A DNA stretch of 64,000 nucleotides from Eledone cirrhosa (Eukaryota). Position numbers and translations under genes: made by a program. The stretch covers positions 16,926,001 through 16,990,000 of the forward strand of contig OZ024766.1 in NCBI GenBank assembly GCA_964016885.1, read 5' to 3'. This document shows, piece after piece, positions 27,130 to 40,607 of the stretch; positions within the stretch are counted from its first letter, which is position 1; each line of letters starts with the position of its first letter. The notes beneath the pieces were generated by a model. That model had not been told where the DNA came from. It searched no databases and was given only the letters and a program-made list of their open reading frames with translations.

Positions 27130-28667
27130 TTTCTTTATTAGCCACAAGGGCGCACAAGAAAAGGGGACAAAACAAAGACAAGCCGGGGATTTTACATAGT
27201 CGTGTAAAAATATTATTAAAACAAACAAATATAACAATCGAAATCCCAAATAGGGGGGAGGCCCCACAAATGGGTTGTTTAATACCCCGTAGATAGAACA
27301 ACCCTCAACTCCAGGAGCGTGTTGTACAAGTGCCCCTTTCTTCCTTTTGCTCTCTTCTTCAACCCACAGGTTTATATACAGAGAAGGCCCAATCACTGGG
27401 GCCATTGTTGTCACATTCACCCACCTTTCAGTAAATTTACTGGGGTGCAGTGCCTCTCTCTCTCCACCCTGATTCTCCTTCTAAAGTGGTACCTAAAGAA
27501 GGGAATGGGTTGTTGTCCAGAGAGAAAGACAGATAGATAGATAAATAGAGAGTTGTGCAAGTACGCCTTTCTTCCTTTTGCTCTCTTCTTCAACCTACAG
27601 GTTTATATACAGAGAAGGCCCAATCACTCGGGCCATTGTTGTCACATTCACCCACCTTTCAGTAAATTTACTGGGGTCCAGTGCCTCTCTCTCTCCACCC
27701 TGATTCTCCTTCTAAAGTGGTACCTAAAGAATGGAATGAGTTGTTGTCCAGAGAGAAAGACAGATAGATAGATAAATAGATAGATAGACGCATAGAGAGT
27801 TGTGCAAGTGCTCCTTTCTTCCTTTTGCTCTCTTCTTCAATCTACAGGTTTATATACAGAGAAGGCCCAATCACTCGGGCCATTGTTGTCACATTCACCC
27901 ACCTTTCAGTAAATTTACTGGGGTCCAGTGCCTCTCTCTCTCCACCCTGATTCTCCTTCTAAAGTGGTACCTAAAGAAGGGAATGGGTTGTTGTCCAGAG
28001 AGAAAAACAGATAGATAGATAACTAGATAGATAGACGGATAGAGAGTTGTGCAAGTGCTCCTTTCTTCCTTTTGCTCTCTTCTTCAATCTACAGGTTTAT
28101 ATACAGAGAAGGCCCAATCACTCGGGCCATTGTTGTCACATTCACCCACCTTTCAGTAAATTTACTGGGGTCCAGTGCCTCTCTCTCTCCACCCTGATTC
28201 TCCTTCTAAAGTGGTACCTAAAGAAGGGAATGGGTTGTTGTCCAGAGAGAAAAACAGATAGATAGATAACTAGATAGATAGACGGATAGAGAGTTGTGCA
28301 AGTGCTCCTTTCTTCCTTTTGCTCTCTTCTTCAACCTACAGGTTTATATACAGAGAAGGCCCAATCACTGGGGCCATTGTTGTCACATTCACCCACCTTT
28401 CAGTAAATTTACTGGGGTGCAGTGCCTCTCTCTCTCCACCCTGATTCTCCTTCTAAAGTGGTACCTAAAGAAGGGAATGAGTTGTTGTCCGGAGAGAAAG
28501 GCATCTGTCCTCAGTCCTCTCAACCTCGTCCACCATATAACACCTTTCAGTAAATTTACTGGGGTGCAGTGCCTCTCTCTCTCTCCACCCTGATTCTCCT
28601 TCTAAAGTGGTACCTAAAGAAGGGAATGAGTTGTCCAGAGAGAAAGGCATCTCTCCTCAGTCCTCAA
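27130..28667 (-). mobile_element. Tx1/L1-like LINE 3' end with ~5 tandem 247-bp duplications, embedded in (GATA/GACA)n
   Basis: Minus strand reads (with a frameshift) WWTRLRGLRTDAFLSGQQLIPFFRYHFRRRIRVERE.LHPSKFTERWVNVTT...INL*, then a T-rich UTR, aataaa and a (tctg)n tail; period 27553/27800/28047/28294. Confidence 0.65.
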
Positions 28668-28992
28668 TAGAGACAGACAGACAAACAAACAAACAGACAG
28701 ACAGTCAAAGAAACAAACAGACAGACAGATAGACAGACAGACAGGCAGAGAGAGAGAGAGACAGAGACAGATAGAGAGACAGACAGACAGAGAGACAAAC
28801 AAACACACAGACAAACAGACAAACAGACAGACAGACAGAGAGACAGACAAACAGACAGACAGACAAACAAACACAGACAGACAGACAAACAGACAAACAA
28901 ACAAACAAACAGACAGACAGACAGACAAACAAACAGACAGAGAGACATACAGACAGACAGACAGACAGACAGAGAGACAGGCAGACAGACAA
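28668..28992. repeat. (GACA/CAAA)n microsatellite
   Basis: Visible directly. Confidence 0.95.
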
Positions 28993-29356
28993 ATAAGTAT
29001 ATGGGGGAGTAGGTGTGTGATATGTAGCCAGGGTGGGACCAGTCTTACAACAGGCTAACAGTCAAGCGCTGTAGAGAGTTGTGTTATTATTACAGTTCTA
29101 AAGACATGCTGTATCTTGGTCTGTAGAAAAACATGTGTAAACAAATGTAAACACATTCACACCATTCCATCTCTCTCTCTCTCTCTATCTATCTATTCCA
29201 TCTCTCTCTCGCTCTCCTGGCTTATTTATTTTCCAATGATGATGATATATATATATGTATATATATATAATCATCATCATATATATATATATATATATAT
29301 ACATATAAAATAAAGTTAAATAAAAGTCAAATGATTAAAATTTAGCTTCGTTTATT

Positions 29357-29411
29357 ACTGCTATATATATTTCAGTGACAGCCATCTTTGGCTGTGACCT
29401 CTTCAGGCAGT
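29357..29411 (-). ncRNA. Minimal type I hammerhead ribozyme motif (predicted AUA cleavage)
   Basis: Minus strand: actgc-CTGAAGA-ggtcACAGCCAaagaTGGCTGTcact-GAA-ATATATAT-A-gcagt; 5-bp helix I, ~10-bp helix II, palindromic helix III; flanked by (TA)n. Confidence 0.75.
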
Positions 29412-29612
29412 TTGAATTAGTATGGTATAGACAAGTACATATGTTGTTTAGATATATATATATATACATATATATATTTATATATATATACATATATATA
29501 AATATCATCATCATCATCATATATATATATATATATATACATATATATAAATATATATATATATATATAGATATATATATACATATATATAAATATATAT
29601 ATATATTTCATC

Positions 29613-29649
<37 letters not shown>

Positions 29650-29804
29650 TCACCATCATCATATATATATATATACTTACCAACACTTTAGTCTTACATA
29701 TATATATATTTTTTTTATTATATAAATATATATATATACATATATATAAATATATATATGTATATATATATATATATATATACATATATATAAATATATA
29801 TATA

Positions 29805-32800
29805 AGACAAAAGTGTTGATAAGTAGAAGACAGGACAAAACGCTGATTCCATCAGGGAAATGGCCATGTTCGATATGTAGGAAAGGAACTGGCATAAATT
29901 CTATAAAATGTAGGCAATGCAGATCCTGGGTACACAAGAGATGTAGCGGGGTAGCAGGCAAACTAACAGACAGGGAGAAATATGTATGCAGTAGATGTAC
30001 AGGGAAATTAGACAGTAGAAGTCGCATTGATAGACACATTTTTCAAATGCAGGCGGGTTCTATAGAAGTGGTGGATAGCTTCCAGTACCTAGGTGATTAG
30101 ATTAGCATGGGAGGGGGTGATCCGAGGCCATAGTATCTAGAATAAGGACAGGTTGGAAGAAGTTTAAGGAGCTGCTTCCTCTGTTGACAAACAAGGGTTT
30201 CTCCCTGCATACGAAAGGCTGGTTATATGATGCATGTGTGAGGTGCGCGATGCTGCATGGTAGTGAGACATGGGCAGCAACTGTAGACGGCTGGAGAGAA
30301 ATGAAGCAAGCATGCTCCGTTGGATGTGAAATGTCAATGTGTGTGAACGACTAAGCATAGATGAGCCGAGAGAGAAACTGTGTATAAGAGGGATAAGTTG
30401 TGGTGTGTGGGAGAGAAGACTGAGATGGTATGGACATGTAATGTGTTGAAAGAGAAACTGTGTATAAGAGGGATAAGTTGTGGTGTGTAGGAGAGAAGAC
30501 TGAGGTGGTATGGACATGTGATGTGTTGAGAGAGAAACTGTGTATAAGAGGGATAAGTTGTGGTGTGTGGGAGAGAAGACTGAGATGGTATGGACATGTG
30601 ATGAGTTGAGAGAGAAACTGGGTATAAGAGGGATAAGTTGTGGTGTGTAGGAGAGAAGACTGAGGTGGTATGGACATGTGATGTGTTGAGAGAGAAACTG
30701 TGTATAAGAGGGATAAGTTGTGGTGTGTGGGAGAGAAGACTGAGATGGTATGGACATGTGATGTGGTGGGAGAGAAGACTGAGGTGGTATGGACATGTGA
30801 TGTGTTGAGAGAGAAACTAGGTATAAGAGGGATAAGTTGTGGTGTGTGGGAGAGAAGACTGAGGTGGTATGGACATGTGATGTGTTGAGAGAGAAACTGT
30901 ATAAGAGGGATAAGGTGTGGTGTGTGGGAGAGAAGACTGAGATGGTATGGACATGTGATGTGTTGAGAGAGAAACTGTGTATAAGAGGGATAAGTTGTGG
31001 TGTGTGGGAGAGAAGACTGAGATGGTATGGACATGTGATGTGTTGAGAGAGAAACTAGGTATAAGAGGGATAAGTTGTGGTGTGTGGGAGAGAAGACTGA
31101 GGTGGTATGGACATGTGATGTGTTGAGAGAGAAACTGTATAAGAGGGATAAGGTGTGGTGTGTGGGAGAGAAGACTGAGATGGTATGGACATGTGATGTG
31201 TTGAGAGAGAAACTGTGTATAAGAGGGATAAGTTGTGGTGTGTGGGAGAGAAGACTGAGATGGTATGGACATGTGATGTGGTGAGAGAGAAACTGTGTAT
31301 AAGAGGGATAAGTTGTAGTGTGTGGGAGAGAAGACTGAGATGGTATGGACATGTGATGAGTTGAGAGAGAAACTGTGTATAAGAGGGATAAGTTGTGGTG
31401 TGTGGGAGAGAAGACTGAGATGGTATGGACATGTGATGTGTTGAGAGAGAAACTGGGTATAAGAGGGATAAGTTGTGGTGTGTGGGAGAGGAGACTGAGA
31501 TGGTATGGACATGTGATGTGTTGAGAGAGAAACTGTATAAGAGGGATAAGTTGTAGTGTGTGGGAGAGAAGACTGAGATGGTATGGACATGTGATGTGTT
31601 GAGAGAGAAACTGGGTATAAGAGGGATAAGTTGTAGTGTGTGGGAGAGAAGACTGAGATGGTATGGACATGTGATGTGTTGAGAGAGAAACTGGGTATAA
31701 GAAGGATAAGTTGTAGTGTGTGGGAGAGAAGACTGAGGTGGTATGGACATGTGATGTGGTGAGAGAGAAACTGTGTATAAGAGGGATAAGTTGTAGTGTG
31801 TGGGAGAGAAGACTGAGATGGTATGGACATGTGATGAGTTGAGAGAGAAACTGTGTATAAGAGGAATAAGTTGTGGTGTGTGGGAGAGAAGACTGAGATG
31901 GTATGGACATGTGATGTGTTGAGAGAGAAACAGGGTATAAGAGGTATAAGTTGTGGTGTGTGGGAGAGGAGACTGAGATGGTATGGACATGTGATGAGTT
32001 GAGAGAGAAACTGGGTATAAGAGGGATAAGTTGTAGTGTGTGGGAGAGAAGACTGAGATGGTATGGACATGTGATGTGTTGAGAGAGAAACTAGGTATGA
32101 GAGGGATAAGTTGTGGTGTCTGGGAGAGAAGACTGAGGTGGTATGGACATGTGATGTGGTGAGAGAGAAACTGGGTATAAGAGGGATAAGTTGTGGTGTG
32201 TGGGAGAGAAGATTGAGATGGTATGGACATGTGATGAGTTGAGAGAGAAACTGTGTATAAGAGGGATAAGTTGTGTTGTGTGGGAGAGAAGACTGAGATG
32301 GTATGGACATGTGATGAGTTGAGAGAGAAACTGTGTATAAGAGGGATAAGTTGTGGTGTGTGGGAGAGAAGACTGAGATGGTATGGACATGTGATGTGTT
32401 GAGAGAGAAACTGGGTATAAGAGGGATAAGTTGTAGTGTGTGGGAGAGAAGACTGAGATGGTATGGACATGTGATGTGGTGAGAGAGAAACTGTGTATAA
32501 GAGGGATAAGTTGTGGTGTGTGGGAGAGAAGACTGAGTTGGTATGGACATGTGATGTGGTGAGAGAGAAACTAGGTATAAGGGATAAGTTGTGGTGTGTG
32601 GGAGAGAAGACTGAGATGGTATGGACATGTGATGTGTTGAGAGAGAAACTGTGTATAAGAGGGATAAGTTGTGGTGTGTGGGAGAGAAGACTGAGATGGT
32701 ATGGACATGTGATGTGTTGAGAGAGAAACTGTGTATATGAGGGATAAGTTGTGGTGTGTGGGAGAGAAGACTGAGGTGGTATGGACATGTGATGCACATG

Positions 32801-33030
32801 GAGGATGACCGCTGGGTAAAGAAGTGCCAAGAAATCCCAGTAGAAAGGAAGACGTGGTAGAGGTAGACCACGTAAAACATGAGCAGAGGTGGTGAGAGCA
32901 GACCTCAGATTGCTGAAACTCACAGAGGAGATGACAAAGGACCGTGACAAATGGAGAGATGCCATGCTTAATAGGACCTGTCCCACCCTTGCAAGCAGGG
33001 AAAAGTGGACGTAAAATAATGATGATGATG
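29805..33030 (+). mobile_element. RTE-clade LINE 3' part (Cys/His-finger insert, C-terminal region) with ~30 x 80-bp internal array and (gat)n tail
   Basis: WPCSICRKGTGINSIKCRQCRSWVHKRCSG...YVCSRC; EVVDSFQYLGD; RRLRWYGHVM; DRDKWRDAML; multiple stops and frameshifts. Confidence 0.9.
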
Positions 33031-33039
33031 AATTTCTGA

Positions 33040-35651
33040 CATAATATTTACATTATTCTATATATACTATTGTATTGTCACAGTAAAGGCTTTACCTCAC
33101 ATAACATTTACATTACTCTATATATACTATTGTATTGTCACAGTAAAGGCTTTACCTCACATAATACCTCACATAACATTTACATTACTCTATATATACT
33201 ATTGTATTGTCACAGTAAAGGCTTTACCTCACATAATATCTCACATAACATTTACATTACTCTATATATACTATTGTATTGTCACAGTAACGGCTTTACC
33301 TCACATAATATCTCACATAACATTTACATTACGCTATATATACTATTGTATTGTCACAGTAAAGGCTTTACCTCACATAATACCTCACATAACATTTACA
33401 TTACTCTATATATACTATTGTATTGTCACAGTAAAGGCTTTACCTCACATAATACCTCACATAACATTTACATTACTCTATATATACTATTGTATTGTCA
33501 CAGTAAAGGCTTTACCTCACATAATATCTCACATAACATTTACATTACTCTATATATACTATTGTATTGTCACAGTAAAGGCTTTACCTCACATAATATC
33601 TCACATAACATTTACATTACTCTATATATACTATTGTATTGTCACAGTAAAGGCTTTACCTCACATAATATCTCACATAACATTTACATTACTCTATATA
33701 TACTATTGTATTGTCACAGTAAAGGCTTTACCTCACATAATATCTCACATAACATTTACATTACTCTATATATACTATTGTATTGTCACAGTAAAGGCTT
33801 TACCTCACATAATATCTCACATAACAGTTACATTACTCTATATATACTATTGTATTGTCACAGTAAAGGCTTTACCTCACATAACATTTACATTACTCTA
33901 TATATACTATTGTATTGTCACAGTAAAGGCTTTACCTCACATAATACCTCACATAACATTTACATTACTCTATATATACTATTGTATTGTCACAGTAAAG
34001 ACTTTACCTCACATAATACCTCACATAACATTTACATTACTCTATATATACTATTGTATTGTCACAGTAAAGGCTTTACCTCACATAATACCTCACATAA
34101 CATTTACATTACTCTATATATACTATTGTATTGTCACAGTAAAGACTTTACCTCACATAATACCTCACATAACATTTACATTACTCTATATATACTATTG
34201 TATTGTCACAGTAAAGACTTTACCTCACATAATACCTCACATAACATTTACATTACTCTATATATACTATTGTATTGTCACAGTAAAGGCTTTACCTCAC
34301 ATAATATCTCACATAACATTTACATTACTCTATATATACTATTGTATTGTCACAGTAAAGTCTTTACCTCACATAATATCTCACATAACATTTACATTAC
34401 TCTATATATACTATTGTATTTTCACAGTAAAGGCTTTACCTCACATAATATCTCACATAACATTTACATTACTCTATATATACTATTGTATTGTCACAGT
34501 AAAGGCTTTACCTCACATAATATCTCACATAACATTTACATTACTCTATATATACTATTGTATTGTCACAGTAAAGGCTTTACCTCACATAATATCTCAA
34601 ATAACATTTACATTACTCTATATATACTATTGTATTGTCACAGTAAAGGCTTTACCTCACATAATATCTCACATAACAATTACATTACTCTATATATACT
34701 ATTGTATTGTCACAGTAAAGTCTTTACCTCACATAATATCTCACATAACATTTACATTACTCTATATATACTATTGTATTGTCACAGTAAAGGCTTTACC
34801 TCACATAATATCTCACATAACATTTACATTACTCTATATATACTATTGTATTGTCACAGTAAAGGCTTTACCTCACATAATATCTCACATAACATTTACA
34901 TTACTCTATATATACTATTGTATTGTCACAGTAAAGGCTTTACCTCACATAATATCTCAAATAACATTTACATTACTCTATATATACTATTGTATTGTCA
35001 CAGTAAAGGCTTTACCTCACATAATATCTCACATAACATTTACATTACTCTATATATACTATTGTATTGTCACAGTAAAGGCTTTACCTCACATAATACC
35101 TCACATAACATTTACATTACTCTATATATACTATTGTATTGTCACAGTAAAGGCTTTACCTCACATAATATCTCACATAACATTTACATTACTCTATATA
35201 TACTATTGTATTGTCACAGTAAAGACTTTACCTCACATAATATCTCACATAACATTTACATTACTCTATATATACTATTGTATTGTCACAGTAAAGGCTT
35301 TACCTCACATAATATCTCACATAACATTTACATTACTCTATATATACTATTGTATTGTCACAGTAAAGACTTTACCTCACATAATATCTCACATAACATT
35401 TACATTACTCTATATATACTATTGTATTGTCACAGTAAAGGCTTTACCTCACATAATATCTCACATAACATTTATATTACTCTATATATACTATTGTATT
35501 GTCACAGTAAAGACTTTACCTCACATAATAACTCACATAATGTTGAATCTACGAGATTTTGGTATTATTTATTTTGAGAACAATACTCTAACATAAGTAT
35601 GAGCTGCCAGTTATGGGCGGTTTGAACAGAAAGTGGTGAGAGAATTCTGGC
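33040..35651 (+). repeat. 72-bp satellite array (opposite orientation to 23940-26505) plus MITE internal sequence
   Basis: Reverse complement of the unit; 35540-35651 is homologous to 61500-61611. Confidence 0.95.
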
Positions 35652-38118
35652 AAGTGACATGGTCTCCACCAAAACATTAAATTCATGGTGAGGCTAGGCT
35701 GAAAGAGCAGTTAAGTCAGTGATGCTCTGGAGGAAGTTTAGGGGGACAAAGTCCCACAGAAATCAACAACCTACAAATAGATAAGTTGTTTTAGAAGTGG
35801 AAGAGATGAGGTTTAAGATGATCCCCAGTTGAAGATGTGAAAATAAGCTGCTTTGACATGGTTTAAATCACACGGCCCTCAGTTTTACACAGATGGACTT
35901 AAAAGTTGGTATCAAGTCTTGTTTGACATGGTTTAAATCACATGGCCCTCAGTTTTACACAGATGGACTTAAAAGCTGGTATCAAGTCTTGTCTGACATG
36001 GTTTAAATCACACTGCCCTTAGTTTTACACAGATGGACTTAAAAGCTGGTATCAAGTCTTGTCTGACATGGTTTAAATCACATGGCCCTCAGTTTTACAC
36101 AGATGGACTTAAAAGCTGGTATCAAGTCTTGTCTGACATGGTTTAAATCACATGGCCCTCAGTTTTACACAGATGGACTTAAAAGCTGGTATCAACTCTT
36201 GTCTGACATGGTTTAAATCACACGGCCCTTAGTTTTACACAGATGGACTTAAAAGCTGGTATCAAGTCTTGTTTGACATGGTTTAAATCACACTGCCCTT
36301 AGTTTTACACAGATGGACTTAAAAGCTGGTATCAAGTCTTGTTTGACATGGTTTAAATCACATGGCCCTCAGTTTTACACAGATGGATTTAAAAGCTAGT
36401 ATCAAGTCTTGTTTGACATGGTTTAAATCACACAGCCCTCAGTTTTACACAGATGGACTTAAAAGCTAGTATCAACTCTTGTTTGACATGGTTTAAATCA
36501 CATGGCCCTCAGTTTTACACAGATGGACTTAAAAGCTAGTATCAAGTCTTGTCTGACATGGTTTAAATCACACGGCCCTCAGTTTTACACAGATGGACTT
36601 AAAAGCTGGTATCAAGTCTTGTTTGACATGGTTTAAATCACACGGCCCTCAGTTTTACACAGATGGACTTAAAAGCTGGTATCAACTCTTGTTTGACATG
36701 GTTTAAATCACACGGCCCTTAGTTTTACACAGATGGATTTAAAAGTTGGTATCAAGTCTTGTTTGACATGGTTTAAATCACACGGCCCTCAGTTTTACAC
36801 AGATGGGGTAAAAGCTAGTATCAACTCTTGTCTGACATGGTTTAAATCACATGGCCCTCAGTTTTACACAGATGGACTTAAAAGCTGGTATCAAGTCTTG
36901 TTTGATATGGTTTAAATCACACTGCCCTTAGTTTTACACAGATGGACTTAAAAGCTGGTATCAAGTCTTGTTTGACATGGTTTAAATCACACTGCCCTTA
37001 GTTTTACACAGATGGACTTAAAAGCTGGTATCAAGTCTTGTTTGACATGGTTTAAATCACACTGCCCTTAGTTTTACACAGATGGACTTAAAAGCTGGTA
37101 TCAAGTCTTGTTTGACATGGTTTAAATCACATGGCCCTCAGTTTTACACAGATGGATTTAAAAGCTAGTATCAACTCTTGTTTGACATGGTTTAAATCAC
37201 ACAGCCCTCAGTTTTACACAGATGGACTTAAAAGCTAGTATCAACTCTTGTTTGACATGGTTTAAATCACACGGCCCTCAGTTTTACACAGATGGGGTAA
37301 AAGCTAGTATCAACTCTTGTCTGACATGGTTTAAATCACACGGCCCTCAGTTTTACACAGATGGACTTAAAAGCTGGTATCAACTCTTGTTTGACATGGT
37401 TTAAATCACACGGCCCTCAGTTTTACACAGATGGGGTAAAAGCTAGTATCAACTCTTGTCTGACATGGTTTAAATCACACGGCCCTCAGTTTTACACAGA
37501 TGGACTTAAAAGCTAGTATCAAGTCTTGTTTGACACGGTTTAAATCACACGGCCCTCAGTTTTACACAGATGGACTTAAAAGCTGGTATCAAGTCTTGTC
37601 TGACATGGTTTAAATCACATGGCCCTCAGTTTTACACAGATGGACTTAAAAGCTGGTACCAACACTTGTTAACATGGTTTAAATCACATGGCTCTCAGTT
37701 TTACACAGATGGACTTACAAGCTGGTACCAACTCTTGCAGAAGTGTATTGACCTAGCTGGGGCATATTTTGTAAAATAAACATCATAACTATCTATCTAT
37801 CTATCTAAGGCGGGTAAAATTCCCGAGATCCATGGACGAGTTCTCTCCAACGGTCTCTGTCCCTCATTATCGCTGCCATATCCTGCATCTCCAACAGACC
37901 AGTGTCTGTCTTTAGGGCATCAACATATGTTAACCTTGGTCTTCTTTCTCTTCTAGTGTGTCCATGTAGGGGCTCCCAAAGGAGCACTGAGTGCAATGTC
38001 AACTCTGGATGTCGGTGAGCATGTCCAGCCAACCTCAGTCTTCTCTGTGTCACATCATAACTAAAACCTTTTTTTCCAGCTCCCCTTTTCCCCACAAACC
38101 TTTTGAAGGCCCCTTGTA
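35652..38118 (+). mobile_element. Second internally deleted mariner derivative with ~27 x 70-bp array and right TIR
   Basis: NIKFMVRLG.KS..VSDALEEV.GDKVPQKSTTYK.ISCFRSGRDEV.DDP fused to ...WFKSHGSQFYTDGLTSWYQLLQKCIDLAGAYFVK* (ends 37779); cccacaaaccttttgaaggccccttg+ta is the inverse of the TIR at 1786. Confidence 0.82.
37792..38051 (-). mobile_element. 5'-truncated RTE-like LINE (second family) with (TAGA)n tail and 12-bp TSD
   Basis: RRLRLAGHAHRHPEL...LLWEPLHG..R.RPRLTYVD.L..D; TSD acatcataacta at 37780-37791 and 38052-38063. Confidence 0.85.
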
Positions 38119-38239
38119 TAAATCTGAAGTCACGGTAGAGTATATGTAGCTATTTCAGGGGAGAGAAAACCCCAGACCCATGTATTGAATTGAGTCCTAC
38201 ATCTTATGTTTCTCAGTGTCTCTCTTTTTCTCTCTGCAG

Positions 38240-38360
38240 TCGACCAATCACAGTGCCAAGGTTTGGAGGCCCTTAAATGTCCTCTCACCTCTGACCTACA
38301 ATTCCGGCTGGAAGAAGGAACCCTATATTGGACGCAGACGCAAATTAGGAATTTCTGCAA
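38240..38360 (+). CDS. Membrane protein exon 2
   Basis: tctctgcag| (V)DQSQCQGLEALKCPLTSDLQFRLEEGTLYWTQTQIRNFC |gttagt; phase 1->2. Confidence 0.85.
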
Positions 38361-38375
38361 GTTAGTTGAGTTCTG

Positions 38376-39330
38376 TGTTGTTGTTGTTGTTGTTGTTGGT
38401 AGTGTTGGTGGTGGTGTTGGTGTTGGTGTTGGTGTTGGTAGTGGTGGTGGGGGTGTTGTTGTTGGTGGTGGTGTTGGTGGTGGTGTTGTTGGTGGGGGTG
38501 TTGTTGTTGGTGTTGGTGGTGGTGGTGTTGTTGGTGGTGGTGTTGTTGGTGGTGGTGTTGTTGGTGGTGGTGGTGGTGGTGGTGGTGTTGGTGGTAGTGG
38601 TGTTGTTGGTGGTGGTGTTGTTGGTGGTGGTGGTGTTGGTGGTGGTGTTGTTGGTGGTGGTGGTGTTGGTGGTGGTGTTGGTGGTGGTGTTGTTGGTGGT
38701 GGTGTTGGTGGTGGTGTTGTTGGTGCTGTTGTTGTTGTTGGTAGTGTTGGTGGTGGTGTTGGTGGTGTTGTTGTTGGTGTTGGTAGTGGTGGTGGGGGTG
38801 TTGTTGGTGGTGGTGGTGGTGTTGGTGGTGTTGGTGGTGGTGTTGGTAGTGGTGGTGGGGGTGTTGTTGTTGGTGGTGGTGGTGGTGATGTTGTTAGTGG
38901 TGGTGGTGGTGTTGGTGGTGTTGGTAGTGGTGGTGGTGGTGTTGGTGGTGTTGTTGTTGGTGTTGGTAGTGGTGGTGGGGGTGTTGTTGGTGGTGGTGGT
39001 GGTGGTGTTGGTGGTGGTGGTGTTAGTGGTGGTGGTGTTGGTGGTGTTGTTGTTGGTGGTGGTGTTGGTGGTGGTGTTGTTGGTGGTGGTGTTGGTGGTG
39101 GTGTTGTTGGTGGTGGTGTTGGTGGTGGTGTTGTTGGTGGTGGTGTTGGTGGTGGTGTTGTTGGTGGTGGTGTTGGTGGTGGTGTTGGCGTTGTGGTGTG
39201 GCGTTGGTGGTGGTGGTGGTGTTGGTGGTAGTGGTGTTGTTGTTGGTGGTGTTGTTGTCATTGGTGGTGTTGGTGGTGGTGTTGTTGTCGTTGCTGTTGT
39301 TGTTGGTGGTGTTGATGGAGTTGTTGTTGT
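38376..39330. repeat. (GGT/GTT)n tract filling intron 2
   Basis: Visible directly. Confidence 0.95.
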
Positions 39331-39394
39331 AAATGAAAAGGGGTTGAAAACATAAAACTTTGCTATCTTATAACTCCACTTTCTCCTCCTCCAG

Positions 39395-39519
39395 AAATTG
39401 GCAAACACTGATGCCCTGTCTCAGAACAGACCCAGAAAACCTGAATTTGACGAACATGTTGCATAAAGTTGAAGAAGAACTCGGTCGACTGGAAAATATT
39501 TGTGGAGACAAATACCACT
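39395..39519 (+). CDS. Membrane protein exon 3
   Basis: ctcctccag| (K)NWQTLMPCLRTDPENLNLTNMLHKVEEELGRLENICGDKYH |gtaagt; phase 2->1. Confidence 0.88.
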
Positions 39520-39713
39520 GTAAGTTAGGGTGTTTCTATTTCATGTTTGTTGTATCGTTGTAACACACAGTTTCCTGTAAGCCACAGTCTACAGCCTGGT
39601 GCAGCTATGCACAAAATTGCATTTCCTAGTGTGTGGCTGATGAGGAATTTAGCTGCTTTTGTTTGCTCGATCCCAAACGTGTTTTATTCTTTCATTCATG
39701 TGTAGCTCTGCTC

Positions 39714-39756
<43 letters not shown>

Positions 39757-39809
39757 ATGTATCTGTGTCAGTGTGTGTGTATATATGTGTGAGTGTGTTT
39801 ATATATTTT

Positions 39810-40600
39810 CTAGGGCGGGTAAAATTCCCGAGATCCATGGACGAGTTCTCTCCAGCGGTCTCTGTCCCTCATTATCGCTGCCATGTCCTGCGTCTCCAAC
39901 AGACCAGTGTCCGTCCTTAGGGCATCAACATATGTTAACCTTGGTCTTCCTCTTCTAGTGTGTCCATGTAGGGGCTCCCACAGGAGCACTGAGTGCAATG
40001 TTAACTCTGGATGTCGGTGAGCATGTCCAGCTAACCTCAGTCTCCCTCTTCCAGTGTGTCGATGTAGGGGCTCCCCACAGGAGCACTGAGTCCAGTGTCA
40101 ACTCTGGATGTCGGTGAGCATGTCCAGCTAACCTCAGTCTTCCTCTTCCAGTGTGTCCATGTAGGGGCTCCCACAGGAGCACTGAGTGCAGTGTCAACTC
40201 TGGATGTCGGCGAGTATGTCCAGCTAAACCCAGTCTTCTCTGTGTCACTTTTGAGCTGACTTTTGGGAGGCTCCCATACAGCTCTGAGTTCTTCATCCTC
40301 AGTGTATACTGATTAATGTTCAGAGCCATCCTCAGCATTCTCGTGTAGCACCCATCCACCATCTGAGTGAGTTTCTTGGTCAGTGTCCAAGTCTCAGACC
40401 TGTACAGCAGCGCAGACTCCACTACAGCAACGAAGAGGCAGATTTTCAGGTCTTTACGAAGGTCCGACTTCCACTCTGATCTCAAGCTGTGGCACGCCGC
40501 CCAGGCCTTGCTCTTCCTCTCAACCACATCATCTTCCGTATTCCCAATCTTTGCTCCCAAATACAGGAAGTCCTCAACCAATTCTAGCGGCTTCCCGCCT
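39810..40600 (-). mobile_element. RTE-like LINE fragment (same family as 37792-38051) with internal duplications
   Basis: VEDFLYLGAKI...RKSKAWAACHSL...VESALLY.SETWTLTK...DGCYTRMLRMALN...RRL.LAGH. Confidence 0.88.
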
Positions 40601-40607
40601 ACATTAG

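Noticed and set aside
27340-28420. Strong + strand acceptor-like site (tcttcttcaacctacag) in each 247-bp unit as possible extra exons
   Set aside because: A stop follows shortly in the needed phase with no phase-1 donor; the sequence is better explained as an antisense LINE 3' end.
29813-30100. PHD-like Cys/His finger ORF as a host gene exon
   Set aside because: Contiguous with degenerate RTE ORF sequence; part of the LINE.
39631-39690. CTGATGA...caaacgtgt hammerhead-like string
   Set aside because: The essential GAAA reads CAAA and helix I is weak.
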